A stretch of 64,000 nucleotides of DNA from Methanobacteriota archaeon (GCA_963787255.1 CAWBCJ010000025.1:64001-128000), one strand, 5' to 3'. Shown: positions 21,385 to 32,557, counted from the first letter of the stretch. Numbers and translations are program-made. The notes: generated by a model not told the origin, from the letters alone.

Positions 21385-21648
21385 ATGATGGAAATAAATT
21401 TATTTAAAGATTTAAATGTTGAAAAAAAGGTTTTAAAACCATTTCAAATTGAGGAACGGATTTTTTTCCCAGTAATTGAAATTATAACGATAGAAGGCGA
21501 AAACCATTTTAATTCTATAAATATTTCCCCAATCGCGTTTATAGTTGAAGAAAATGCTCATAAATATATTATTTCAATAAATAGAGATGAAATTGACGAA
21601 GATGAACTTTTTGAACTGTTATCACTTGCTCCACAATATAAAAAGTAA
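21385..21648 (+). CDS. Short GerW-like protein lacking the Gly-rich loop
   Basis: KPFQIEERIFFPVIEI...ISPIAFIV mirrors the GerW strands. Confidence 0.6.
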   Translation: MMEINLFKDLNVEKKVLKPFQIEERIFFPVIEIITIEGENHFNSINISPIAFIVEENAHKYIISINRDEIDEDELFELLSLAPQYKK

Positions 21649-21866
21649 TTAGATTATATTTAATACTAGTATCATCCACTTAATGATTTCTAGAAGTATT
21701 AGATTTTAAAAATACAGATTCTTTAAGACTAACGCTTGTTAATAATTTAATTGAACAATTTGATGGTGAAATTAGATCTTAATATTAAAAAAGTGGGGGA
21801 CAAGATTACATTTAGTGAAACATATAAAAGCTAATTTAAAATAAAAAAAATAGGATTTAAGAATCT

Positions 21867-22358
21867 TTATTCTATTTTCTTAAATTCATGTTCAGGTGCA
21901 CCGCAAATTGGGCATATTTCAGGCGCTTCTTTTTCTACAGTGTTTCCACAGAAGTTGCAAACATAATAAATTGCTTCTACGTTGTTTCCAAGATTTCCAA
22001 GAGCGTTTGCATAAAGTCCTGCGTGAATTTCTTCTACCTGATTTGCAACATCAAAGGTCCAGACTGCAGCTTTGTTCTCTTCTTTCTTCGCTTCTTCTAT
22101 GAATGCGGGGTACATTTCTTTAAATTCTTCTACTTCCCCTTCTATTGCTTCTTTAAGGTTTTCTTCAGTGCTGTTAATGCCGTTCATTACTTTCAAGTGA
22201 TTGTGTGCATGTACGGTCTCTGCGTAAGCTGCAGCTCTAAATAATCGTGCAACCTGTAAAAATCCTTCTTTATCAGCTTTTTTAGCAAATGCAAGGTATT
22301 TTCGATTGGCTTGAGATTCACCAGCAAAAGCTTCCTTTAAATTTTCATCTGTACTCAT
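21867..22358 (-). CDS. rbr: Rubrerythrin
   Basis: AFAGESQANRKY, AETVHA, EEIHA, CNFCG...CPICG. Confidence 0.95.
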   Translation of the reverse strand: MSTDENLKEAFAGESQANRKYLAFAKKADKEGFLQVARLFRAAAYAETVHAHNHLKVMNGINSTEENLKEAIEGEVEEFKEMYPAFIEEAKKEENKAAVWTFDVANQVEEIHAGLYANALGNLGNNVEAIYYVCNFCGNTVEKEAPEICPICGAPEHEFKKIE

Positions 22359-22484
22359 AATTATATCACCTTTAAATATTTTATTAAAACATATTATATC
22401 AGAATAACTATTGTAAATTAATGAATATTAATCTTTTTATAGGGAACCATAACAAAAAAGTATCTAAAATAAAAAAGGAAAAAA

Positions 22485-22692
<208 letters not shown>

Positions 22693-22798
22693 ATTTCACC
22701 TCCTAATTTAACTTTACATATATAATATTTAAACTTATCGTTTTTCATAGGGTCTTGGGGTACCATAAACCCTCTACAGTTTCAGTGAAAGTGCATAT

Positions 22799-22870
22799 TT
22801 CATATACAAAAATTTTACGATGACATAACTACAATGGAATATTTTGATCACCAAAATTTTGGTATATGAA
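22799..22870. repeat. 18-bp inverted repeat (1 mismatch) in the histone-cofH divergent intergenic region
   Basis: TTCATATACAAAAATTTT (22799-22816) versus AAAATTTTGGTATATGAA (22853-22870); the right arm overlaps the palindrome ACCAAAATTTTGGT. Confidence 0.6.
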
Positions 22871-22972
22871 CTAACCTATTATGTGATATAACATTAGGGT
22901 AATTTTGAAGGGTTTCATATCATTTGTAATTAACCAAAACTTTTAAGGTATTGAAACTTTATAAGAGATTGC

Positions 22973-24088
22973 ATGTTTGACAAGCTGAACATTGACTCCC
23001 AAATAAATGAAATACTTGAAAACGCCATGGATCAAGAAATTTCCACTGAAGAAGCTGAAATATTGATGGGAACACAGGGAAAAGAGTTTCAAGCGCTTAT
23101 TATAGCTGCAGACATCCTCAGAGAAAAATTAGTTGGAGATGAAATTACATTTATCCAAAACTGGAACATTAACTTCACAGATATTTGTACCGGGACATGC
23201 GGTTTTTGCGCATTTAAAAAGAACGAAAATGATGAAGACGCATACTTTCTAGAAATTGAAGAAATAGTTAGAAGGACAAAAGAAGCATACAATGAAGGTG
23301 CAGTCGAAGTCTGTATTCAAGGAGGCCTTCATCAAGATATAGATGCTTATTTTTATGAAGATATTTTATTAAATGTTAAAGAAGAGGTTCCAAATATTCA
23401 TATTCACGCATTTTCACCAATGGAAATATTTTACGGGGCTTCGAAGGCAGAAATTACCGTTAAAGAAAATCTTAAGATGTTAAAGAAAGCAGGACTGGGG
23501 TCGATGCCAGGAACCGCTGCAGAAATCTTAAACGACGATATTAGGGATATTATATGTCCTGGAAAGCTTAAAACTTCGGAATGGATAGATGTTATTGAAA
23601 CGGCTCATAAAACAGGGGTTCCAACGACATGTACCATGATGTACGGCCATGTAGAGAATATAAGTCACAGAGTTGAACATCTTGAGATTTTAAGGGAAAT
23701 TCAAAAGAGGACAGGTGGTTTAACAGAATTTGTGCCTCTCTCATTCATGCATAAAAATGCTCCAATTTACAAAAAAGGAATTTCTAATGCAGGAACAACG
23801 GGTTCAGAGGATTTAAAGCTTTATGCAGTTTCAAGATTAATGTTCAGGGATTTAATAAAAAATATACAGGTTTCATGGGTGAAACTTGGCTTTAAATTCG
23901 CCCAAATTTGTCTCATGGCGGGTACAAACGATCTAGGCGGTACACTTGGTGAGGAAAATATTTCAAGGTCTGCTGGGGCAGCACATGGAGTTTATACACC
24001 TCCAACTGAATTAAAAAGAGTAATAAAAGATATAGGAAGAATTCCAGCTGAAAGAAACACGTTATATACCGAAATTAAAGAAGTGTAA
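22973..24088 (+). CDS. cofH: FO synthase subunit 2 (F420 biosynthesis)
   Basis: [61 protein letters not shown]. Confidence 0.93.
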   Translation: MFDKLNIDSQINEILENAMDQEISTEEAEILMGTQGKEFQALIIAADILREKLVGDEITFIQNWNINFTDICTGTCGFCAFKKNENDEDAYFLEIEEIVRRTKEAYNEGAVEVCIQGGLHQDIDAYFYEDILLNVKEEVPNIHIHAFSPMEIFYGASKAEITVKENLKMLKKAGLGSMPGTAAEILNDDIRDIICPGKLKTSEWIDVIETAHKTGVPTTCTMMYGHVENISHRVEHLEILREIQKRTGGLTEFVPLSFMHKNAPIYKKGISNAGTTGSEDLKLYAVSRLMFRDLIKNIQVSWVKLGFKFAQICLMAGTNDLGGTLGEENISRSAGAAHGVYTPPTELKRVIKDIGRIPAERNTLYTEIKEV

Positions 24089-24250
24089 ATTTTTGACTTA
24101 TTTTTTTTATGGTAAGACATTTAAGGAATTCATTTAATCTAAAATCTTTATTTTTATTAAAAAAAGAAATAAAAAGTTCAAATGCTTAATATCCATTTGA
24201 TTTCGGTAAAAAGAAATAAGTTGTATGACAAGAAGTATAAATTAAAAAGT

Positions 24251-24601
24251 TTATTTCTTTCTAATTATTATTTTATCTCCATTTTCAGCAGCTTTTAAAA
24301 CCTCTAAATTTTCTGTAACCTCACCAATGTGATTCACTTCTGATGCCGGCTGTGAATCACCATAAAAAACACAGAAAGCATTTCCTGGTGGCCAGTAGGA
24401 TATATCGCCGCATTTAGACTTTCCAGAAGGATTTTCATAATCTAAATCTAAGGTCATATCAAAATAGACTTCTTCAAAGTAAATATTTGCATTTCCTTTA
24501 ACTGGTAATTTTTCATAAATTTTACGAGCGGTTTCAGGGTTTCTTTCATCTAATTTTCCAACAGCTTTACCTTTTCCTACTACTTCTATCTCTATTTCCA
24601 T
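24251..24601 (-). CDS. Cyclophilin-like fold protein (DUF369/UPF0288-like)
   Basis: NPETA..I...LP, EEVYF, GDISYWPPGNAFCVFYG. Confidence 0.85.
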   Translation of the reverse strand: MEIEIEVVGKGKAVGKLDERNPETARKIYEKLPVKGNANIYFEEVYFDMTLDLDYENPSGKSKCGDISYWPPGNAFCVFYGDSQPASEVNHIGEVTENLEVLKAAENGDKIIIRKK

Positions 24602-24775
24602 TTATTTCACCTTTGAAAGTATATTGTCTTACATTGAAAATAATATATTATCTTTTAAATTAAAGGAAAAATCATTAATTAATAAAAATATAAAAACAAT
24701 TTAAAGAAAAACTAAATATATGCAAATTATATAATAGACTAATACAGTTTTTAATGATATGTTTAAGGTGATTTA

Positions 24776-25258
24776 GTGACCAATAAAGAAGCAGAGATGT
24801 TTTATAAGCAAGGTATGTCATTTTTAGGACAGGGTGAAACCCGAAAAGCACTAGAATTCTTTGATAAGGCATTAAAATTTGATGATAAATATTTTCCCGC
24901 ATGGAACAATAAAGGAGTGGCACTTCTGGAACTTAAAGATTATCATCAAGCCGCAGACAGTTTTCAAAATGTTATAAATATAAATGCTGCTGATAAAATG
25001 GCATTATACAATAAGGGATATGCTCTTTTAATGATGGAAGAATATCAACAATCTGTTGAAATTCTTGACTATTTTCTGGCTAACTGTTCAAGAAAGAATG
25101 ATTTTTTTAAATTTGGCCTATACCTGCAAGCTAAGGGATTTTACGGTCTTAAAGAATATGATAAAGCGATTTCATTATTAAATGACGCTATTAAAGTTGA
25201 TAAAAATTTTAAAGAAGCACAGGAACTCTTAAATCAAATTGTAAAAGAAAAAGAATAA
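24776..25258 (+). CDS. Tetratricopeptide repeat protein
   Basis: AWNNKGVAL, ALYNKGYAL TPR consensus. Confidence 0.9.
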   Translation: MTNKEAEMFYKQGMSFLGQGETRKALEFFDKALKFDDKYFPAWNNKGVALLELKDYHQAADSFQNVININAADKMALYNKGYALLMMEEYQQSVEILDYFLANCSRKNDFFKFGLYLQAKGFYGLKEYDKAISLLNDAIKVDKNFKEAQELLNQIVKEKE

Positions 25259-25271
25259 ATAAAATTCTTAA

Positions 25272-25964
25272 TTATATTTCTTTACTAGCGGATATCCTTA
25301 AAGCTTCCTCCATTATTTGAACACCTGAAGAAGTTCCTATCCGTGTTGCACCAGCTTTTATCATATCCAAAGCATTTTTTAAGTTTTTTATACCGCCGGA
25401 TGCCTTAATATTTAAAGAAGATCCCACTGTTTTTCTGATTAATTTAATATCTTCAACTGTAGCTCCAGAATAACCAAATCCTGTCGATGTTTTCACAAAA
25501 TCCGCTCCAGATTCTTTTATGATTTCACAGGCTTTTATTATTTCGTCTTCTTCAAGCAGGGCAGTTTCTATGATTACCTTGACAATTGCGTCCTTTGATC
25601 CAACTACAACACTTTTTATATCTTGTTTAACGTCTTCTTCAAAGCCGGATTTAAGCGCTCCAATATTCATAACCATGTCAAGCTCTGAAGCCCCAATTTC
25701 ATATGAATTACTCGCTTCAAAAAACTTTATTTTAGACGTGTTAGCACCTAACGGAAAACCGATAACAGTACATACATTAACATCTGTTTTTTCTAATAAG
25801 TGGACAGCATATTGAACATTTGCCGGATTAACACAAACTGAAGCAAAATTATACTTCTTTGCTTCATCACATAACTTTTCTATGTCTTTTAAAGTTGCAT
25901 CAGGTTTTAGATTGGTGTGATCAATCATTTTTGCCAGTTTTTCTGGAGATTCAAGCATTTTCAT
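25272..25964 (-). CDS. deoC: Deoxyribose-phosphate aldolase
   Basis: IDHTNL, VIGFPLG, KVIIET, FVKTSTGF, KASGGI, RIGTSS. Confidence 0.97.
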   Translation of the reverse strand: MKMLESPEKLAKMIDHTNLKPDATLKDIEKLCDEAKKYNFASVCVNPANVQYAVHLLEKTDVNVCTVIGFPLGANTSKIKFFEASNSYEIGASELDMVMNIGALKSGFEEDVKQDIKSVVVGSKDAIVKVIIETALLEEDEIIKACEIIKESGADFVKTSTGFGYSGATVEDIKLIRKTVGSSLNIKASGGIKNLKNALDMIKAGATRIGTSSGVQIMEEALRISASKEI

Positions 25965-26000
25965 TTTACCATTCCTTGATTTTCTTTAAATAATTTATAT

Positions 26001-27650
26001 TTATAAATCTTTAGACATGTAAGGACCTAATTGTGAATATCCAAACTTTTTATAATAATTTCGAGCTCCTATTCCACTAATAACATTCATCCTGTTCTTT
26101 TCATAAACTTCTACAGCAATTTTTTCGGCCTCTTCAAGCAGACGTTCACCATAGCCCATGTGTTGCCATTGACCTATTTCTTTTTCACCTAACGGCATCA
26201 TTGAACCATAAACGTGCAACTCCCTTATAATAGCTGTTTTATCGTTTATTTCTGGCCTATGGGCTTTCTTGGAAGGAATTCTCATCCTTAAAAAACCGAT
26301 TAAAATATCCTTTTTAACATCCTCAAATGATAAAAAAATCTCGCGCCCTTCCCCTGCATTATATTCTTCTTTTAATAATTTAACATTCTCTATATTGGGA
26401 GTAATGCCTTGCGCTGCTTTATGACCAACTTCTCTACAGCGAATACATTTGCAATCATCACCCATTTCGTGGAGTTTTTTGTAAACAAGTTCGCCAAGAT
26501 TGGATTTTTTAACTCCTGCCTCAATTAGGGGTGAGGGTATGTCCCGCTGGATCCTCATGGTCCTAACCCATTTTGGAAGGATCTTTTTTATTTCTGCTAT
26601 TAAATCAATGGCTTCTTCGCTTGTATAAGGGTTATATTCTCCTTTTTGCCACATATCGTGAATCTTGGAACCTTTTGTTACAAGACAGGGATATATTTTC
26701 AACATGTCGGGTTTAAACCTTGAATCTGTGAATAATCTTTTAAATATTCTCATATCCCTTTCGAAATCTGCAAAAAGTCCGGGCATGAGATGCATTGCAA
26801 CTTTAATTCCAGAATCTCTGAGTATTCGCGCTGATTCTATGGTGTCTTCAACGGTGTGACCTCGTTCAATCCGCTTGTAAATGTAATTGTAAATGGTTTG
26901 GACTCCTAGCTCAACCCTTGTAACTCCCATGTTGAGCATCCTATCCACGTCAGGAATTTTACAGTAGTCTGGGCGCGTTTCAAATGTCATTCCCACACAT
27001 CTAACTGCTGAATTTTCATTTGCTTTTTGTACACTTTCTAGATAAATAAAATCCTTTGGAACATCAATATTATTTGGTTTAGAATTCTTTTCAAATTTAT
27101 CTTGTGAAAAACCATTTATTGAAGGATTTTTTACTCCAAAATCGTTCATGGCTTGAAGACATTTGCTTACAAACCATTCCTGGTAGCATAGGAAATATGA
27201 AGGGAATGTTCCGCCCATTATAATTAATTCAACCTTATCTAATGGATGTCCAATGCTTTCAAGCTGAAGAAGGCGGTTGTAAACCTGTAAATAAGGGTCA
27301 AAATTGAACATTCTTGCCCTTAAAGCTGCAGGCTCTTCTCCGGTGTAGCTTGGAGGTGCTATTTCACTTTCAGGGCAGTAAAGGCATCTTCCATGAGGGC
27401 ATTTATGTGGTTTACACATTACGGCAACTATTGCAACTCCGGAAATAGTCCGAGTAGGCTTTTTTCTTATGATGCCTGATATCTTCTTTCTATCTTCTGG
27501 AGATGCATATTCCAGTATTAGTGAGTTGCTCATGAATTTTTGAAGCTTATAATCCCTGCAGGCTTTTAACTTCACCTTTTCCAATTCTTTCTTATCTTTA
27601 ATATTGCCTTCAATAATTTCGCTGATTATAAATTCACACGCTTCTCTCAT
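26001..27650 (-). CDS. elp3: Elp3 tRNA uridine(34) carboxymethyltransferase (radical SAM + KAT)
   Basis: [45 protein letters not shown]; ATG 27650 after GGAGA. Confidence 0.95.
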   Translation of the reverse strand: MREACEFIISEIIEGNIKDKKELEKVKLKACRDYKLQKFMSNSLILEYASPEDRKKISGIIRKKPTRTISGVAIVAVMCKPHKCPHGRCLYCPESEIAPPSYTGEEPAALRARMFNFDPYLQVYNRLLQLESIGHPLDKVELIIMGGTFPSYFLCYQEWFVSKCLQAMNDFGVKNPSINGFSQDKFEKNSKPNNIDVPKDFIYLESVQKANENSAVRCVGMTFETRPDYCKIPDVDRMLNMGVTRVELGVQTIYNYIYKRIERGHTVEDTIESARILRDSGIKVAMHLMPGLFADFERDMRIFKRLFTDSRFKPDMLKIYPCLVTKGSKIHDMWQKGEYNPYTSEEAIDLIAEIKKILPKWVRTMRIQRDIPSPLIEAGVKKSNLGELVYKKLHEMGDDCKCIRCREVGHKAAQGITPNIENVKLLKEEYNAGEGREIFLSFEDVKKDILIGFLRMRIPSKKAHRPEINDKTAIIRELHVYGSMMPLGEKEIGQWQHMGYGERLLEEAEKIAVEVYEKNRMNVISGIGARNYYKKFGYSQLGPYMSKDL

Positions 27651-27822
27651 CCCTGTTTTCTCCAAAAAAACGAATATATTACTTAAATTGTTAAAGATGT
27701 TTATTTTTTTTAATTTTTATCATAGATTAAAAATTCAAGTTATTTTTTTATATTTAGTAATGATTTTTATAATAGTTATGTAAATGGATTTATTTTTTTA
27801 ATTAAAAAAAAGAAATTTAGTA

Positions 27823-28911
27823 TTATCTGGCTGATTTGGTGTCAAGCATTTCTAAAACCTTCATTATGTCTGTTTTTGAGATAATTCCCACCAGTTTTTC
27901 ATTTTCAGTTACAGGGAGCCTTCCAATATTATTTCTACTTATTTTTTCAAATGTATTGAATACAGGTTCATTGGGGCTGGCTAATACAAGGTCTTTACTC
28001 ATAATATCTTTTACTGGAATGTTTCTTTCTCCTTCGGGCACTCGAGATATGTCGTCAAATGTTATAATCCCTACTAAATTGTCTTCATCAATAACTGGAT
28101 ATCCCATATGTCTTTGCGTGAACATTATATTCAACGCCTCTGAGACTGGAGTATCTGGATTCAATGTAGAAACGTTCCGGGTCATTATATCCTTTACCGA
28201 TAAACCTTCGAGCATTGATGAAACCATTATTGCCCTATATTCCTGATCTGCACCTATATAAATGAATATAGCTATTAAAATCAGGATGAAATTGAAAAAT
28301 ATTCCAAAAATGGCCATTAAAATGGCAAATTGTTTTCCAATTGTTGCCGCAGTTTTGGTAGCTTTAACATAACTCATTCTTCTTGCAAGAAATGCCCTTA
28401 AAACCCGCCCTCCATCCATAGGAAATGCTGGAAGAAGGTTAAAAATTCCAAGTACAAGATTTATTCCTAAAAAATTAGAAAGAAACAGATTTATATCTGC
28501 AGATGGAGTATTGGATATGAAAAATGAAGAAACACTTAAAGATCCAATTCCACCAGTAATAAAAAGTCCTACGAGGCAAAAAAGAGCTATAACAATATTT
28601 GTTAGAGGTCCTGCAACTGCTATTTTTAGTTCTTGACCAGGATCTTTGGGTATTTCACCCATTGCAGAAACACCTCCAATTGGAAGAAGAATAATCCTTT
28701 CAACAGAAACTCCATATCGTTTTGCAACATATGAGTGACTAAATTCATGTATAACTACTGTTACGAAGAGTAAAACAATTAAAAATGCCACATATAATGT
28801 AAATATTCCAAAAAAGGCTAAAGCAAAGATTATTATTATCAATAAAAGGAATGAAATATGTAATTCCACGGGAATTCCAGAAATACTGAATATTTTAAAG
28901 GAAGACTTCAT
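27823..28911 (-). CDS. M50 site-2 protease with tandem CBS domains
   Basis: HEFSH zinc motif, AGP, FNLLPAFPMDGGR, C-terminal CBS pair. Confidence 0.93.
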   Translation of the reverse strand: MKSSFKIFSISGIPVELHISFLLLIIIIFALAFFGIFTLYVAFLIVLLFVTVVIHEFSHSYVAKRYGVSVERIILLPIGGVSAMGEIPKDPGQELKIAVAGPLTNIVIALFCLVGLFITGGIGSLSVSSFFISNTPSADINLFLSNFLGINLVLGIFNLLPAFPMDGGRVLRAFLARRMSYVKATKTAATIGKQFAILMAIFGIFFNFILILIAIFIYIGADQEYRAIMVSSMLEGLSVKDIMTRNVSTLNPDTPVSEALNIMFTQRHMGYPVIDEDNLVGIITFDDISRVPEGERNIPVKDIMSKDLVLASPNEPVFNTFEKISRNNIGRLPVTENEKLVGIISKTDIMKVLEMLDTKSAR

Positions 28912-29001
28912 TTTTTTTCACCAAAGTTTAATATGGCTTAACATATTAATAAATTTTGTTTAAATGATAAGAACATTTATTAAAGCCCTAATAATAGTTT
29001 A

Positions 29002-29022
29002 TAAATCATTTCAAATGATTTA
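29002..29022. promoter_or_regulatory. Perfect 10-bp inverted repeat, candidate operator
   Basis: TAAATCATTT-c-AAATGATTTA directly after TTTATA between the divergent M50 and PRC-barrel genes. Confidence 0.5.
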
Positions 29023-29126
29023 ATTTCATTTAAATAGAATTAAGCACTAAAATATCCATATTTATTTAGTATTTGTAGTGATAAAAAATATAAGAGTAAA
29101 AAAACATACAAAAATGGGGTGTATAC

Positions 29127-29426
29127 ATGAAAGTGAGCGAATTTTTAGGTAAAAAAGTTATAGATAAAAACGCAACAGAAATTGGTAAAGTATCAGATGT
29201 CGATTTAATGCCTAAAGAAGGGCTAATTAATTCAATCACTGTTTCTACAGGAGATACGTGGCTTAGAAACAAAAAATTTGAGATTAAATCTGCAGATATA
29301 AACCAGATAGGGGATTACGTACTTTTAAATCTTGAAGGAACTTCAATAAAAGAAATTGTAGAAGAAAAAGAAGAGAAGGAAGAAAACCCTAAAAAAACAA
29401 GACTAGCTATTAATAAAGATGAATAA
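29127..29426 (+). CDS. PRC-barrel domain protein
   Basis: FLGKKVID.N..EIGKVSDV, C-terminal IGDYVLL. Confidence 0.9.
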   Translation: MKVSEFLGKKVIDKNATEIGKVSDVDLMPKEGLINSITVSTGDTWLRNKKFEIKSADINQIGDYVLLNLEGTSIKEIVEEKEEKEENPKKTRLAINKDE

Positions 29427-29491
29427 TTAAATGCTTTTACAATAATTACAAAAAAAGGAAAATTTATTAAAAATTTTGGAATGGGGGTAGA

Positions 29492-29791
29492 TTGATGGAA
29501 GTTGTTGATGCATGCGGTAAATCAATAACAGAGGGATCCTATGTTACATATGAAGGAACAGGTACTACTGGTAAAGTCTCTGACATTAAAACAGTTGACG
29601 AAGACACATGGGCAAAAATTGACAGCACAGATCTCTGGTATAAAAGCAATACTCTTCAAGTTGTTGATAAAATTAATGAAAAACTCAAAAAAGTCTCAAA
29701 AGAAGATTTAAATGAAAAAGTCAAGAAGATGAAAAAAACAGTTGGCGAAGAAGTAGATATGTCCTCTGAACTATGTGACGGTGGAGGATAA
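29492..29791 (+). CDS. DUF2098 family protein
   Basis: I..GSYV.Y.GTGT.GKV, TDLWY, C-terminal CDGGG. Confidence 0.8.
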   Translation: MMEVVDACGKSITEGSYVTYEGTGTTGKVSDIKTVDEDTWAKIDSTDLWYKSNTLQVVDKINEKLKKVSKEDLNEKVKKMKKTVGEEVDMSSELCDGGG

Positions 29792-29863
29792 CTCTCCATT
29801 AATTATTTTTTTAAAATTTTTTTCAACTTAGGAATAAAACTTTTAACTATAACTTTATTTTAC

Positions 29864-30343
29864 CTAAACTAACCTTACTTTATAATTTTTATAGACCAGG
29901 GACTTTAAATTCATCATTTTTCTTTCTATCAAGTGTCTTTCTTCCCTTGCCTGAGTATATAACTCCACATACTTCTCGTGATTTTCATTGACCTTCTGAT
30001 AATCTTTCTTCATCTTGGAATGCAGATTCATCAGACATTTTTTAATAATCATATCTTTTTCTTCAACCAATTTCTTTATATCTGCATTCTTATTAGATAT
30101 TTGGTCTTCTAGGGTGTTTAATTTATTTTCTTCAGTTTCAACATTCTTTTTTACAGAAGAATCATTGCCATTTTCAAGTTCTTCTTTTAAACTGACAATT
30201 TTTTTTACTAAAATTGCTTTTTTATCTTCTAAATCAGTTAATTTACCTTTATTAATAGCAATTTTTTCATCTATTTCATTTACTTCGTCCATTTTCCCGG
30301 CAGACTCTAAAAATGGGTTTAAAAATTCACTTATACTGCTAAT
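29864..30343 (-). CDS. Coiled-coil hypothetical protein
   Basis: Heptad-rich ORF; track start 30292, but the frame extends to ATT 30343, 7 nt downstream of AGGAGA. Confidence 0.7.
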   Translation of the reverse strand: MSSISEFLNPFLESAGKMDEVNEIDEKIAINKGKLTDLEDKKAILVKKIVSLKEELENGNDSSVKKNVETEENKLNTLEDQISNKNADIKKLVEEKDMIIKKCLMNLHSKMKKDYQKVNENHEKYVELYTQAREERHLIERKMMNLKSLVYKNYKVRLV

Positions 30344-30736
30344 TCTAACATCTCCTAAATTTGAAAGTAAATACTAAGATAAATTTTAAAAAATTCAACA
30401 TAAATTTACTTATATTTATAATTTTATATTGTACTTGCAGGGATATAATACTTAGCAAAATTTTTTCTAAATCTACTTAAAATTATTATTTTATCCAATA
30501 AATTTATGAAACATGACTATTATTATATTTAAGGCATTAAAAGCCCTTAATAAATCATTAAATCTCAAAATGATTTACTTTAACTCAAAAGTGTTTTTAT
30601 ATATAATTTATAATGGATTATCTAATAGATAAGAACATATTTAACAATAATATTATACTCTTTAAAAAAAATAAATATTATCTATCCCCTTATCCTATCG
30701 CATTTAGTTGAGGGATAAAATTTAAAAGGAAATAAA

Positions 30737-32557
30737 ATGAAATCTAAAATTGTAATGATCAGTATAATTATTCCAACCTATAATGAGGAAAGTTACATTC
30801 CTAAATTACTTAAAAGTATAAAAGATCAGAATTTCTCTGATTACGAGATTATTGTAGCAGACGCTGAATCCACTGATAATACACGGGAAATAGCAGAATC
30901 CTACGGATGTAAGGTTGTAAAAGGTGGATCTCCTGCGGTGGGGAGAAATAACGGTGCAAAAGTTGCTCGTGGAGAATATTTACTATTTTTAGATGCCGAC
31001 GTTATATTAACTGAAGGATATATTGAATCAGCTTTAAATGAGTTTATAGAAAACGAACAGGGCATTGGCATAACTCAATTGATACCCTTAAGTGACAGTA
31101 AAAAGGATAAAATGCTGCACGATTTCGCTAATTTTTTCATGAGAAGCGTGGAATCCATAAAACCTCATGGAGCAGGATGTTATGGCATTTTAACAACGAA
31201 AAAGCTTCACCAAGAGGTTGGTGGTTTTAACGAAACCTATGACTTTGGGGAAGATAGTAACTACATTGAAAGAATAGGAAAAATAAGCTCATTCAAGGTT
31301 TTAAGAGAACCTAAATTACTTATATCTACACGAAGACTTAAAAAGGAAGGGCTAAAAACTCTGGCCTTAATATATGCAAAAAGCACTTTATATGACTTTT
31401 TAGGAAAGCGCGTAACTGCAGGAGAACTTAATTACAATTTTGGATACGGTGAAAATAAAAGGAAAATATTATATTCGGTGTGCGGGGAAGGAATGGGCCA
31501 TGCAATACGCAGCTCTGTAATAATAAAACATCTTTTAAAGGATAATGAAGTAATTATTTTTGCAAGCGGCAGAGCATACGACTTTCTTTCCAAAAAATTT
31601 GAGAATGTATATTATATAGAAGGATTTAACACAGTTTACACAGAAAACAGTGCAAAATATAGATCCACATTCCTTGCTGGGATGAAAGACCTTCCTAAAA
31701 GCCTTAAAAAAAATATGAAAATACTTTATAATATTGCAAAGACCTTTCAGCCCAACATTATAATATCCGATTTTGAAGCTTATTCCAATCTTTTAAGTAA
31801 GATACTAGGGATTCCATTAATCAGCGTTGACAATATCCATGTTATTACACAGTGCAAGCTTGAACTACCTGAAAAATACTACTCTGAAAGGTTGGCAGCA
31901 CAAGGAGTGATTCTTTCATTTATCACACGGCCAAAAAGGTATCTGATAACCACTTTTTTCTATCCGGAGATTAAAAACGAAAAAAAAGTTTCATTGTATC
32001 CTCCAGTGCTTAGAGAAGAGATTTTAAACCTCAAACCGTTTAACGGAGATCATGTACTTGTTTACCAAACAAGTGATTCTAATTCCGAACTTATTGATAT
32101 TCTTAAATCTTTAGATGAAAAATTTATAATATATGGCTTTGGCATTGAAAAAGAGGAGGGAAACCTTAAATTCAGGGAATTTAACGAAGATCAGTTCTTT
32201 AAAGACTTTGAATCAAGCAAAGCAGTGGTTGCTAACGGTGGATTTACATTAATGGGTGAAGCAGTGTATCTTGGAAAACCTGTTTATATAATTCCTGTTA
32301 AAAAGCAGTTTGAACAGACGGTAAATGCTATATATGTTAAAAAATTGGGTTATGGCGAATTCCACGAACAAATGACCAAAGAAAGTTTTGAAGAATTCTT
32401 ATCTAATCTTGATTCATACCGAAAAGCACTAAGTTCATTTAAGCACGACAAAAATCAGAAAATTCTTCATGATCTAGACAAAAAAATAGCTAAATATTCT
32501 AAAAAATATAAAAATGACTCTAATTACAGTCTCATTGATTCTCCAGAGATCAAATGA
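30737..32557 (+). CDS. Fusion of a GT2 glycosyltransferase and an MJ1255/VC2487-type GT-B glycosyltransferase
   Basis: SIIIPTYNE, FLDAD, GED in the N-half; GEGMGHAIRS, ISDFE, NGGFTLMGEA, QFEQ in the C-half. Confidence 0.85.
   Translation: MKSKIVMISIIIPTYNEESYIPKLLKSIKDQNFSDYEIIVADAESTDNTREIAESYGCKVVKGGSPAVGRNNGAKVARGEYLLFLDADVILTEGYIESALNEFIENEQGIGITQLIPLSDSKKDKMLHDFANFFMRSVESIKPHGAGCYGILTTKKLHQEVGGFNETYDFGEDSNYIERIGKISSFKVLREPKLLISTRRLKKEGLKTLALIYAKSTLYDFLGKRVTAGELNYNFGYGENKRKILYSVCGEGMGHAIRSSVIIKHLLKDNEVIIFASGRAYDFLSKKFENVYYIEGFNTVYTENSAKYRSTFLAGMKDLPKSLKKNMKILYNIAKTFQPNIIISDFEAYSNLLSKILGIPLISVDNIHVITQCKLELPEKYYSERLAAQGVILSFITRPKRYLITTFFYPEIKNEKKVSLYPPVLREEILNLKPFNGDHVLVYQTSDSNSELIDILKSLDEKFIIYGFGIEKEEGNLKFREFNEDQFFKDFESSKAVVANGGFTLMGEAVYLGKPVYIIPVKKQFEQTVNAIYVKKLGYGEFHEQMTKESFEEFLSNLDSYRKALSSFKHDKNQKILHDLDKKIAKYSKKYKNDSNYSLIDSPEIK

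Noticed and set aside
21763-21834. 23-aa ORF MVKLDLNIKKVGDKITFSETYKS
   Set aside because: No RBS or recognisable motif; chance ORF or tiny remnant
30676-30720. Imperfect hairpin upstream of the glycosyltransferase fusion
   Set aside because: Short stem with GU pairs and bulges; not distinguishable from chance
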